A stretch of DNA of 64,000 nucleotides from a virus (IMGVR_UViG_3300025896_000021); one strand, 5' to 3'; counted from the first letter of the stretch, positions 41,413-49,491 are shown. Notes: generated by a model not told the origin, from the letters alone. Numbers and translations: made by a program.

Positions 41413-42000
41413 ATGACAGAAGAAATTAAAGACGTTAATGCTAAGATTGACGATATGGAAGCAGCAGCAAAAAAATATGCCAGTAAGGATACAGTCATTA
41501 GTATTGGAGGATATGAATTTACTCCTGCTAAACTAATGGTTGCGTTCACACTAGTATCATCCTTGTTGGGTGGACTGTATGGTGCATTTGAAGTTTACAA
41601 AGACTATCAAGGTATGAAGAAGAAGATATCTGAATACTCGGCACCAGACTTATCAGGATTTGATAAGCGTCTAGCAGTGATTGAAGAAACATCTGGTAAG
41701 ACTGCTGATTACACTCGTGATATTAAGAATGATCTTAAGACTGATATCCGTCGTAACGAAACAGTTACTGAACAAGTTGAACGCAGTGTTAAAACAGCCC
41801 AACGTGAATCAGAAGGTGAGATGCGTGATATGCGTAAGGGTGTTAGAGAAGACCTAGACAAAGCTCGTGCAGAAGCAGCAGCAGTGCGTACTGAAATGGC
41901 ACAGGCACGTAGAGAGATTGGCAAGGAAGTGGAACAATTGAAGAAAGAGATTGACCAAAAGATACAGAAAGCTATTGACAATCCTTTAGCAAACAAGTAA
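41413..42000 (+). CDS. Single-pass membrane coiled-coil protein
   Basis: TM segment LMVAFTLVSSLLGGLYGAF followed by a long charged helical region. Confidence 0.7.
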   Translation: MTEEIKDVNAKIDDMEAAAKKYASKDTVISIGGYEFTPAKLMVAFTLVSSLLGGLYGAFEVYKDYQGMKKKISEYSAPDLSGFDKRLAVIEETSGKTADYTRDIKNDLKTDIRRNETVTEQVERSVKTAQRESEGEMRDMRKGVREDLDKARAEAAAVRTEMAQARREIGKEVEQLKKEIDQKIQKAIDNPLANK

Positions 42001-42005
42001 ACTAT

Positions 42006-42013
42006 ACTAAATA
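42006..42013 (+). promoter_or_regulatory. Late-like promoter motif ACTAAATA for the tmRNA precursor
   Basis: TAAATA core 3 nt before the predicted 5' end of the acceptor piece. Confidence 0.55.
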
Positions 42014-42016
42014 AGA

Positions 42017-42463
42017 GTTATTGTTGTATGAAGTAGATTGAAAAGGATTCAAGACGCGGGTTCGAATCCCGCCAGGTCCACCATAAGGAAGTTTATGAAA
42101 AGCATATATCATGGCACAGCAGGTGCCAACGCAAAACTTAAAGGTAAAAAATTTAAACTTTTGTCATGTGGTTGTTGTGTATTGTTCAACCTAAAATGGG
42201 AAGAACGTATGAAAGAAGCAAAGAAAGAAATAAAATCTTTATGATGGGCCTGCTCCGGTAATCGATTGGGTCAAGAGTAGAGAAATGGACAACTCGGCAA
42301 TGTAGAAGCCGTAGGATTAGGGTAACTTTAGTCGCTATGCCCATAGCATAGAAAGACGGAGCCTGGTCGTAGACACAAAAAACCATAAATGCAAACGATT
42401 CAGTTTACGCATTGGCTGCTTAAATGACGCCTAGGGTAGTTATACCTCGTAACAGAAAATAAC
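42017..42463 (+). ncRNA. ssrA: Circularly permuted (two-piece) tmRNA; acceptor piece ~42017-42083, coding piece 42246-~42463, tag ANDSVYALAA
   Basis: T-arm GCGGG-TTCGAAT-CCCGC (42056-42072); acceptor 3' strand CAGGTCC-A-CCA (42073-42083) pairs with downstream GGGCCTG (42246-42252), giving the G3.U70 Ala determinant; TTGGGTC (42266-72) pairs with GATTCAA (42046-52); tag frame GCAAACGATTCAGTTTACGCATTGGCTGCTTAA (42391-42423). Confidence 0.92.
42095..42244 (+). CDS. 49-aa basic CGCC-containing protein encoded inside the tmRNA intervening segment
   Basis: AAGGA SD immediately after the CCA end; ATG 42095; TGA ends with one intervening base before G1 of the coding piece; MKSIYHGTAGANAKLKGKKFKLLSCGCCVLFNLKWEERMKEAKKEIKSL. 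Confidence 0.65.
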   Translation: MKSIYHGTAGANAKLKGKKFKLLSCGCCVLFNLKWEERMKEAKKEIKSL

Positions 42464-42466
42464 AAA

Positions 42467-42488
42467 GAAAGGCTCTTCGGAGCCTTTC
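42467..42488 (+). terminator. Terminator-like hairpin after tmRNA
   Basis: GAAAGGCTC-TTCG-GAGCCTTTC. Confidence 0.75.
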
Positions 42489-42492
42489 CCCA

Positions 42493-42500
42493 TATAAATA
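42493..42500 (+). promoter_or_regulatory. T4 late consensus TATAAATA
   Basis: Exact match; 5 nt before ATG 42506. Confidence 0.7.
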
Positions 42501-42505
42501 CAGAT

Positions 42506-43174
42506 ATGATATACTTCAAAGAAACAGATTTAAAGTTTGCAGACGACATACAAGCAGAAGTCTTGGACATCTGTCACAATCGTCCTGAAGAATTAGTCAT
42601 GCGCAATCCAGAGTGGCGCCGAATACTCAATGACACTCCCTACCGTGAAATAGAATCTTACATTGGCGTTAAAGCCGCACGTGAGATTAAGTTTCGACGC
42701 ATTGCTATGCTTAAGAAATTTAATGCACTAACGCAAATTAGTTTCTTACAGTACAGTTTACCGGATCGATTGAATGAGGCATTTAAAGATGCATGTCCTT
42801 CGTTCCTACCTAAGGATGAACTGATTCCGATTGTACAAATAAGTACAGGTGGAAGCATGTTGTATCCACATAAAGGTCATTTTAGAAAAGCAAGTTTATT
42901 CTGCTTGCTTGAAGGTGGAGATGAGATTACTAAATGGTGGAAAGAAACTACCCCGTTTGATCTAATTCCTGAGTATAGAATCCCGGATATAACCAAGTGC
43001 GAAGAAGCTGTTTCTACCGTGCTTAAAAAGAATGTGTGGACTTTGTTCAATCACTATGAATGGCATTCGGTGCATTCTTATAAAGAGAACATTGAGTTTC
43101 GTGTCAACTTGGGTGTTGATTTTAAAACACTATCTGCGGATCAAGTTTACGAGAAAATACAAAATCATGTTTAA
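42506..43174 (+). CDS. Putative cupin/2OG-Fe(II) oxygenase-like protein
   Basis: LYPHKGH and distal WHSVH...RVNL pattern; metal motif is non-canonical. Confidence 0.4.
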   Translation: MIYFKETDLKFADDIQAEVLDICHNRPEELVMRNPEWRRILNDTPYREIESYIGVKAAREIKFRRIAMLKKFNALTQISFLQYSLPDRLNEAFKDACPSFLPKDELIPIVQISTGGSMLYPHKGHFRKASLFCLLEGGDEITKWWKETTPFDLIPEYRIPDITKCEEAVSTVLKKNVWTLFNHYEWHSVHSYKENIEFRVNLGVDFKTLSADQVYEKIQNHV

Positions 43175-43910
43175 AAATACAGTCCCCATTGACACTTCAA
43201 TATTTTATGTATGCTTTGCTGCATTACTATTCGGCTTTACTTTGCCAGTAACTGGTTGGTGGTGGATTTTAGCTATTGCTACCCACGTAGTAGTGATAAC
43301 TATCTTCAGTGCAGTTATTCATCGTTATTATTGCCATGATGCATACGAAGCAAATGGTAATGTTATGTTTTGGCTATCAGTCATAACTACAACTTACTTT
43401 TATTCCAATCCTATTCAATGGCGGGTGTTGCACTCACGTCATCATGCATATAGTGATAAACCTAATGACCCTCATTTAAGGGGACTATCTGGTTTCTTTG
43501 GACACGGCTATGCTACTACAAATCCAGAGACTAAGTTTATCAAAACTTCTATGAAACTAATTCGTGATAAGAGACTAGTATGGATAAACAATAATGCATT
43601 ACTAATGGGTGCTGCATGGGGATTATTTTTACTAGCATGCGGGTTCAACTGGTTCTTGTTTGCATTTGCTATACCAATCTTCACTAACCATCTATGTAAT
43701 CGGTTACATAAACAATTTGCTCATGGTGGAATGGTTAATGCTGACGGGACAATCGGTGCAAAGAATCGTTGGTGGCTAGAGTACATCTTTCCTATGGGAG
43801 GTGAATGGATTCACCAACAACACCATGAAGTAAGCAATGAGCCCTATTATAAGACTAAGTGGTATCAACTAGACACCGGTGGCATGTTAGTTAAATTATT
43901 AAGGAGCTAA
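43167..43910 (+). CDS. Membrane fatty-acid desaturase (delta-9-like)
   Basis: His boxes HRYYCH, HSRHH and HQQHH; SDKPNDPH; several TM segments. Start probably ATG 43167 rather than 43032. Confidence 0.8.
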   Translation: MFKNTVPIDTSIFYVCFAALLFGFTLPVTGWWWILAIATHVVVITIFSAVIHRYYCHDAYEANGNVMFWLSVITTTYFYSNPIQWRVLHSRHHAYSDKPNDPHLRGLSGFFGHGYATTNPETKFIKTSMKLIRDKRLVWINNNALLMGAAWGLFLLACGFNWFLFAFAIPIFTNHLCNRLHKQFAHGGMVNADGTIGAKNRWWLEYIFPMGGEWIHQQHHEVSNEPYYKTKWYQLDTGGMLVKLLRS

Positions 43911-43911
43911 C

Positions 43912-44598
43912 ATGCTTTCTGAGGCGAAGAGATTAGGGTTGGATGACCGACCTGCAGTCATGCAGCTAGTGAACAGCATATACGAGCATCTCAGTGTAGA
44001 AGAATTAGCTGATAAGGGGTATCCGGACTTGCGAGTAACACCTAACTCACCTAACGAAGTGAATACCTTCGACTACCGAAAAAAGAACTACCCGTTACAA
44101 CAAGACTCTAATGCAGATTTTGTTGCACGATCTATATATTTTTCACGATACTTATCTGAGCCTACCCCCGGCATTCCTAAAAAAGTAACATATGGTATAA
44201 TGAATGCCGACGGAGAGCTAACATCTGTTATGGGAGTATCGATATCAGATTACTGGCCAACATGGGTAGTTAACTGGGTGCTAAATTCACCAAAACATGA
44301 AATTTCAGTTGCAGATAGTGTAAAAATCTTTTATAGTATAATTGAGTTGTACAAATCGCATGGCATACACGAGGCTACATGGGTTATGCCCAAGCATAGA
44401 CTCCGTGCATGGATGAGAATAAAGCAAACAATGGAGAACCTAGTCACAGAATTAGGTATGCCGCTAAACGAATATGAACATATGACTGAGTACGTTGTGC
44501 CAGCTAACACTATTCCTCAATACTCTTTTATGTCAAGTTTAGTAGGAAACAGGACACACACTTACGACCTGTACATACGGCGTATAAAGTTCAAGTGA
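43912..44598 (+). CDS. Hypothetical protein
   Basis: 228-aa ORF with AAGGAG SD. Confidence 0.65.
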   Translation: MLSEAKRLGLDDRPAVMQLVNSIYEHLSVEELADKGYPDLRVTPNSPNEVNTFDYRKKNYPLQQDSNADFVARSIYFSRYLSEPTPGIPKKVTYGIMNADGELTSVMGVSISDYWPTWVVNWVLNSPKHEISVADSVKIFYSIIELYKSHGIHEATWVMPKHRLRAWMRIKQTMENLVTELGMPLNEYEHMTEYVVPANTIPQYSFMSSLVGNRTHTYDLYIRRIKFK

Positions 44599-44622
44599 TT
44601 AAAATTTCTGGGCAAGCAAAAC

Positions 44623-44651
44623 TTGCTTAAATATTATTCTGTATGTATAAT
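44623..44651 (+). promoter_or_regulatory. Sigma70-type promoter for the porin gene
   Basis: TTGCTT-N17-TATAAT with an overlapping TAAATA. Confidence 0.5.
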
Positions 44652-44698
44652 GCAGAGAGATTCTGTAACGGGATCGCTTAACTAAAGGAAATTTAAAT

Positions 44699-45574
44699 AT
44701 GAAGAAAATCTTAATCGCCGGCGCAATGCTAGCAGCTATGGGAATCGCGCAAGCGCAAGTTACTGTTTATGGTAAAGTTCGCATGTACGAAGAAAGCACT
44801 ACAGTTGGAACTGCATCGGCAGTCACATCATTGACCAATGATTCAAGTCGTTTGGGCTTCAAAGGTACAGAGGCGCTAGGCAACGGTCTATCTGCAAACT
44901 TTCTCATTGAGACTACTGTTGCAGTTGACGCACCCTCAGCAACTACATTGGGCGACCGTGCAGCAACTTTTGGGTTGAGCAATTCGCTTGGATCAATTGC
45001 AGCAGGTCGTGACAAACACGCAGTTGCCAAGACTCTTGACAACTATGATGCTATGGGCAATGTGTTTGGTTCTAGCACCGCTGTTATTCACGCCGCACAA
45101 GGTACCCGCATTCAAAATGCAGTGTTCGTTTCGGCTACTCCAGTCAACGGATTGACTGTTAATTATCAAAATGCAAATAGTGAAGTAGCAGGTACTACTA
45201 ATAGTCAAGGCGCAAGCGTTGAATATGTAACTGGTCCAGTTTCGGCTACTATTGCTCGTTTTGATAACGGTACTACAAGTGCATCTAACATCTACGGTGC
45301 TAAGTTTAAATATTCAAACACTACGTTGTTTAGTATGTACTCCGATGATACAATTGCTGGTGTAAATTCTACTGGTAAGAGTATTGGTATCAATCAAGCT
45401 ATGGGTGCGGTTACTGCACTTGCAAGCTATGGTGAAAAAGAAGGTACTAAGGCTTATAACCTAGGTGCTACTTACGCTCTAAGCAAGAACACTAAGCTAC
45501 ATGCTCGTTATGTTAAAGAAGTCGCCGCAGTTGACACTCAGAAAATTGGTGTCGGTATGGAACTGAATTTCTAA
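44699..45574 (+). CDS. Gram-negative general porin (betaproteobacterial type)
   Basis: Signal peptide; VTVYG, SRLGFKGTEALGNGLSANF, YALSKNT; C-terminal Phe (GVGMELNF). Confidence 0.88.
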   Translation: MKKILIAGAMLAAMGIAQAQVTVYGKVRMYEESTTVGTASAVTSLTNDSSRLGFKGTEALGNGLSANFLIETTVAVDAPSATTLGDRAATFGLSNSLGSIAAGRDKHAVAKTLDNYDAMGNVFGSSTAVIHAAQGTRIQNAVFVSATPVNGLTVNYQNANSEVAGTTNSQGASVEYVTGPVSATIARFDNGTTSASNIYGAKFKYSNTTLFSMYSDDTIAGVNSTGKSIGINQAMGAVTALASYGEKEGTKAYNLGATYALSKNTKLHARYVKEVAAVDTQKIGVGMELNF

Positions 45575-45588
45575 TCAATTAGAAATCT

Positions 45589-45615
45589 AAAAAGGGCAAC
45601 TAGTTGCCCTTTTTT
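45589..45615 (+). terminator. Rho-independent terminator
   Basis: AAAAAGGGCAAC-TA-GTTGCCCTTTTTT. Confidence 0.85.
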
Positions 45616-45650
45616 GTTGGCTTTTACTCAGAAAAGATATATACTTAATT

Positions 45651-45938
45651 ATGAGCACTGAACAAGACAAAATCAAACATAGTAGGCGCATGTTGAAAGA
45701 CGATGCCGCAGTTAAGAAGCAAGTTGATATTGCTAAAGCACATGGCTTCCCTACAGGACCCGAACATAGATTAGCAAAAGTTCACGCAACAACCTGCGGT
45801 AACCCTAACTGCGTAATGTGTGGTAACCCTCGCAAGTTTTGGGGTGAGAAGACTATACAAGAACAAAGATTGTTCCAAGATGTAGATCAGACTCCTGATA
45901 GACATAGCAATGGTTTACCAAAAGATATTGACGAATAA
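45651..45938 (+). CDS. Small Cys-containing hypothetical protein
   Basis: CGNPNCVMCGNPR; TTGGCT-N17-TATACT (45617-45645) ends 5 nt before the ATG. Confidence 0.65.
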   Translation: MSTEQDKIKHSRRMLKDDAAVKKQVDIAKAHGFPTGPEHRLAKVHATTCGNPNCVMCGNPRKFWGEKTIQEQRLFQDVDQTPDRHSNGLPKDIDE

Positions 45939-46033
45939 TAGTATTGTGTTATACTAAATACTATTGCTACACGGTGTAGCATTCAACTGTCTTTAAAAAT
46001 ATGGTCTTAGACAGTGACCAGTAAAAGAAAAAT

Positions 46034-46867
46034 ATGATGTACTCAAACAAGCTCGTGGCGAGCCTAAAAGCCAATGGTAAAATTCTCCGCGAATTTAAAG
46101 ACACCGTCTATATCCCATTCGGGAGCGAATATAGCTTCTTGCTAAAAAATCTTCACACATCCAGAGCAGTAGTTAACATCTTTATCGATGGTGACAATAT
46201 TGTTGAGGGTGGACTTGTCCTTGATCCAGGACGTGAAGTAGACTTAGAGCGTTACATTAAGAACGGCAATCTTACAGAAGGCAATCGTTTCAAGTTCATC
46301 GAACGTACTGCTGTAATTGAAGATGGTCCGCGTGGCGTCAAGTTGGAAGATGGACTGATTCGTATTGAGTTTCAATTTGAAAAGCCATATGTTCCGCCTC
46401 AGTGGAATAACAAGAGTTCTTGGATTAGTGCATCCGGATCAACTACACTTGCCAGCTACAATGTCAACGGTGCAATGCGCGGTGTGGACTTTAGTAAGAA
46501 TGGTGCAATTATGGCACAGGCTGCAAGTGCCTCAGTAGACAAGTATTGTGCCGATAACGGTATCATGAATACTAGCGAAGTACATGATGGTGCAGCTACT
46601 ATGGATTGGATGCCTGCTAACGATGTTGGCATCACTGTGCCAGGTAGCAAGAGTACGCAAAAGTTCCAGAGTGTTACAATGGGCACAATGGAGATTGAAA
46701 AGCACAGCATGGTTATCAAGTTGTTGGGCGAAACTCCTGACAACAAGCCTGTGCTAAAGCCAGTCACAGTTGAGCGCAAGCCTGAATGCGTAACTTGTGG
46801 TAAGAAGAATAAAGTACATTCTAAATTCTGCACAGAATGCGGAACTGCACTAGAAATCTTTGCATAA
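46034..46867 (+). CDS. Hypothetical protein with C-terminal zinc ribbon
   Basis: CVTCG...FCTECG. Confidence 0.7.
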   Translation: MMYSNKLVASLKANGKILREFKDTVYIPFGSEYSFLLKNLHTSRAVVNIFIDGDNIVEGGLVLDPGREVDLERYIKNGNLTEGNRFKFIERTAVIEDGPRGVKLEDGLIRIEFQFEKPYVPPQWNNKSSWISASGSTTLASYNVNGAMRGVDFSKNGAIMAQAASASVDKYCADNGIMNTSEVHDGAATMDWMPANDVGITVPGSKSTQKFQSVTMGTMEIEKHSMVIKLLGETPDNKPVLKPVTVERKPECVTCGKKNKVHSKFCTECGTALEIFA

Positions 46868-46869
46868 CA

Positions 46870-46890
46870 AAGCCCCGAAAGGGGCTTTTT
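46870..46890 (+). terminator. Rho-independent terminator
   Basis: AAGCCCC-GAAA-GGGGCTT-TTT. Confidence 0.85.
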
Positions 46891-46891
46891 C

Positions 46892-46920
46892 TTGACTTCA
46901 AATCCATAGTGTGCTATAGT
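46892..46920 (+). promoter_or_regulatory. Sigma70-type promoter
   Basis: TTGACT-N17-TATAGT with extended -10 TG. Confidence 0.7.
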
Positions 46921-46928
46921 GTAGATAT

Positions 46929-47774
46929 ATGATAACTAGATTACTGTTCGTCGGCCCTTATAAATTAGTAGACTCCGCTATAAGTCTTCAATTTGATGCC
47001 AATCTAATCCCAAAACCGGATAGAACAATTGTGCATGTTAGATTGCTTGACCCAAGTGTTGATGTATTAGCATTATACAACAGTTATGGAATCGACACCT
47101 CTACCTTTACTGTAATGGAGGACTTGGAATTCCTACGAAATATTAACATTGATGATAAAGCACTTCATCAATATGGTGGGTGGATTGCACAGCAATTGCT
47201 AAAATTCTTAGCGTTAGATAATACCGATAGTGATCATTTCTTAATACAAGATTCGGACACCTTTGCCATTAAGCCATATCGATATATAATGAATCATATT
47301 CCTAATTGGTTTATATTGTCTCAACGAACTTTGGACCAACGATATGATCAGTATGTGTATAAACTCACCGGTGTCACTAGGCAAACTACTGATAGTTTTA
47401 TTACAGACTTTGCACCACTGTCAAAAAAAGATTGGGTAATGATTAAACAGTGTATTGAAACTAGATCGAATACCAATTGGTTGGATACCTTGATGGCAGA
47501 ATTTAAAAATGATAGAGCACCGATCGGGTTCAGTGAATATGAACTGATGGGTAATTGGATGTCAGTACATTCTCAAATACTTGTTCAAGTTCAAGAGCAA
47601 ATTCACATCACTGATATTGATATTCCTAATATCAAAAACAAAACATATGTATTACCGAATCGCTCTAATATTGATGTAGTGGGATTCAAGAATTTCATCC
47701 GATTAGACTTCACTGATGTGGATTACCTTACTAACTTAATTAAGGGAAAAAATGGAAATACAAAACTCACTTGA
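46929..47774 (+). CDS. Putative glycosyltransferase-like protein (DUF6492-like)
   Basis: GWIAQQLLK, IQDSDT (DxD), FSEYELMGNW. Confidence 0.5.
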   Translation: MITRLLFVGPYKLVDSAISLQFDANLIPKPDRTIVHVRLLDPSVDVLALYNSYGIDTSTFTVMEDLEFLRNINIDDKALHQYGGWIAQQLLKFLALDNTDSDHFLIQDSDTFAIKPYRYIMNHIPNWFILSQRTLDQRYDQYVYKLTGVTRQTTDSFITDFAPLSKKDWVMIKQCIETRSNTNWLDTLMAEFKNDRAPIGFSEYELMGNWMSVHSQILVQVQEQIHITDIDIPNIKNKTYVLPNRSNIDVVGFKNFIRLDFTDVDYLTNLIKGKNGNTKLT

Positions 47775-48006
47775 TTGGCAAAAAGTTCACGCTGACTTAT
47801 CTAGCCAGTTGTCTAGTTCTGGATACAATCCAGACTTGTACAAAATGCTCACGAATATCAACCTGATGGTAACAGAGTTGAGCAAAGTAGAAGTAGATGC
47901 AAGACGGTCCAAATCTACCCGAGTGACAGAGGAAAAAGCGGCTGAAATTAACAAAGCTATCAACCATCTAGAAAAGCTAATGCTAATGGCTATGCTAATG
48001 AGGTAG
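47752..48006 (+). CDS. Hypothetical helical protein
   Basis: 84-aa ORF with AAGGG SD. Confidence 0.6.
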   Translation: MEIQNSLDWQKVHADLSSQLSSSGYNPDLYKMLTNINLMVTELSKVEVDARRSKSTRVTEEKAAEINKAINHLEKLMLMAMLMR

Positions 48007-48013
48007 TCAAAGG

Positions 48014-48042
48014 TTGACAATAAATCCGTTCTGTGTTATACT
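48014..48042 (+). promoter_or_regulatory. Sigma70-type (early) promoter
   Basis: TTGACA-N17-TATACT with extended -10 TG. Confidence 0.8.
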
Positions 48043-48102
48043 TACAGTCTGGAAATCGAAAAAGCACTCAAAAACGAGTTGCCCAGAAGTATCAATCAAA
48101 AT

Positions 48103-48131
48103 TTGACATTAAATGGTTTTGATGTTATACT
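48103..48131 (+). promoter_or_regulatory. Sigma70-type (early) promoter, tandem
   Basis: TTGACA-N17-TATACT with extended -10 TG. Confidence 0.8.
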
Positions 48132-48177
48132 GTGTTCTCAGTTAGTTAATTATTCTTTTCATCTTTAAGGAAACAAA

Positions 48178-49275
48178 ATGGCATCAGCTATCAGCGACAA
48201 TCACACAATCACTAGCGTTCAAACCCGCAAGTCTATTCTCAAAGCGTTCAAAACAAAACGTCCCGTTTTTCTCTGGGGTCCTCCCGGCATCGGCAAATCA
48301 GAAGTTGTCGCTGAGATTGCAGAAGAACTAGGTGGTGCAGTCGTAGACTTGCGTATGGCTCAGATGGAACCTACTGACATTCGCGGTATCCCATACTTTA
48401 ATAAAGACAATGGTAAAATGGATTGGGCTCCCCCAATCGACTTGCCCGATGCAGAATTTGCAAGCAAGTTCCCGATCGTTGTGTTGTTTCTTGATGAAAT
48501 GAACTCGGCACCCCCAGCAGTACAGGCTGCAGGTTATCAACTGATTCTCAACCGTCGTGTTGGTAAGTACTTCTTGCCTGATAACGTTGTGATTGTTGCA
48601 GCAGGCAATCGTGACTCTGACAAAGGTGTTACATATCGTATGCCGATGCCCCTCGCTAATCGTTTCATTCACTTGGAAATGCGTCCTGACTTCACTAGCT
48701 GGCAATCATGGGCTGTGAACAAAGGCATTCACAAAGACGTTGTGGGTTACTTGTCGTTCGCAAAACAAGATATCTATGACTTTGATTCTAAGTCTAGTTC
48801 ACGTGCGTTTGCTACCCCACGTAGCTGGTGTTTTGTGTCTGACTTGCTTGCCGATGACGACACCGATATTGATACACAATTCAACTTGATTGCAGGCGCT
48901 GTCGGCGAAGGTCTTGCTGTTAAGTTTATGGCTCACCGCAAGATTGCTGGTCGTATGCCCGAGCCAATTGAGATTCTCACAGGTAAAGTTAAAGACTTGT
49001 CTGTGAAAGAAATTTCTGCAATGTATGCATTGACAATTGGCATGTGCTATGAGTTGAAAGATGCAGTGCAAAAGAAAACACCTAGCAAAGAGTTCCACGC
49101 AATGGCTCAAAACTTCTTTGACTACATGATGAACAACTTTGAAACTGAGTTGGTCGTGATGGGTGCTAAGATTGCATTGAAGACTTATGAGTTGCCAATT
49201 GAGCCAACTCAGTTGAAGAACTTTGACGAGTTTCACAAAAAGTACGGCAAGTACATTGTAGACGCAGGTAACTGA
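48178..49275 (+). CDS. MoxR-like AAA+ ATPase
   Basis: Walker A GPPGIGKS, Walker B LFLDEMN, AAGN, PLANRF, ATPRSW. Confidence 0.85.
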   Translation: MASAISDNHTITSVQTRKSILKAFKTKRPVFLWGPPGIGKSEVVAEIAEELGGAVVDLRMAQMEPTDIRGIPYFNKDNGKMDWAPPIDLPDAEFASKFPIVVLFLDEMNSAPPAVQAAGYQLILNRRVGKYFLPDNVVIVAAGNRDSDKGVTYRMPMPLANRFIHLEMRPDFTSWQSWAVNKGIHKDVVGYLSFAKQDIYDFDSKSSSRAFATPRSWCFVSDLLADDDTDIDTQFNLIAGAVGEGLAVKFMAHRKIAGRMPEPIEILTGKVKDLSVKEISAMYALTIGMCYELKDAVQKKTPSKEFHAMAQNFFDYMMNNFETELVVMGAKIALKTYELPIEPTQLKNFDEFHKKYGKYIVDAGN

Positions 49276-49329
49276 TAGCTTTATGGGGTGAGCATTTATG
49301 CTCATCTCTTTTTATTACAAGGAAACAAA

Positions 49330-49491
49330 ATGAAACAAACACGAAACTCTGGTAAAAAGTATTTTTATGCAATTGGACAAAGTGCCCGCGCCCGCGGGGT
49401 GTCCAAGTCTTACGCCGAAGCATACTACATGCTTGATTCAGCCGCACCATATGCTCGAATTGCATTTGACGCAGGATACCGCGGACTATGA
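49330..49491 (+). CDS. Small hypothetical protein
   Basis: AAGGA SD before ATG 49330; the longer GTG start lies within a hairpin. Confidence 0.55.
   Translation: MKQTRNSGKKYFYAIGQSARARGVSKSYAEAYYMLDSAAPYARIAFDAGYRGL

Noticed and set aside
42051-42083. Apparent tRNA (T-arm plus CCA)
   Set aside because: No upstream D-arm, anticodon arm or acceptor 5' strand; the complementary strand lies downstream, so this is the acceptor piece of a permuted tmRNA.
42038-42094. TTG-start 5' extension of the 68-aa ORF in the track
   Set aside because: It runs through the tmRNA T-arm and acceptor; the SD-preceded ATG at 42095 is the more plausible start.
43032-43166. Long N-terminal extension of the desaturase ORF
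   Set aside because: It overlaps the upstream gene by ~140 nt; ATG 43167 gives the short overlap usual in this genome.
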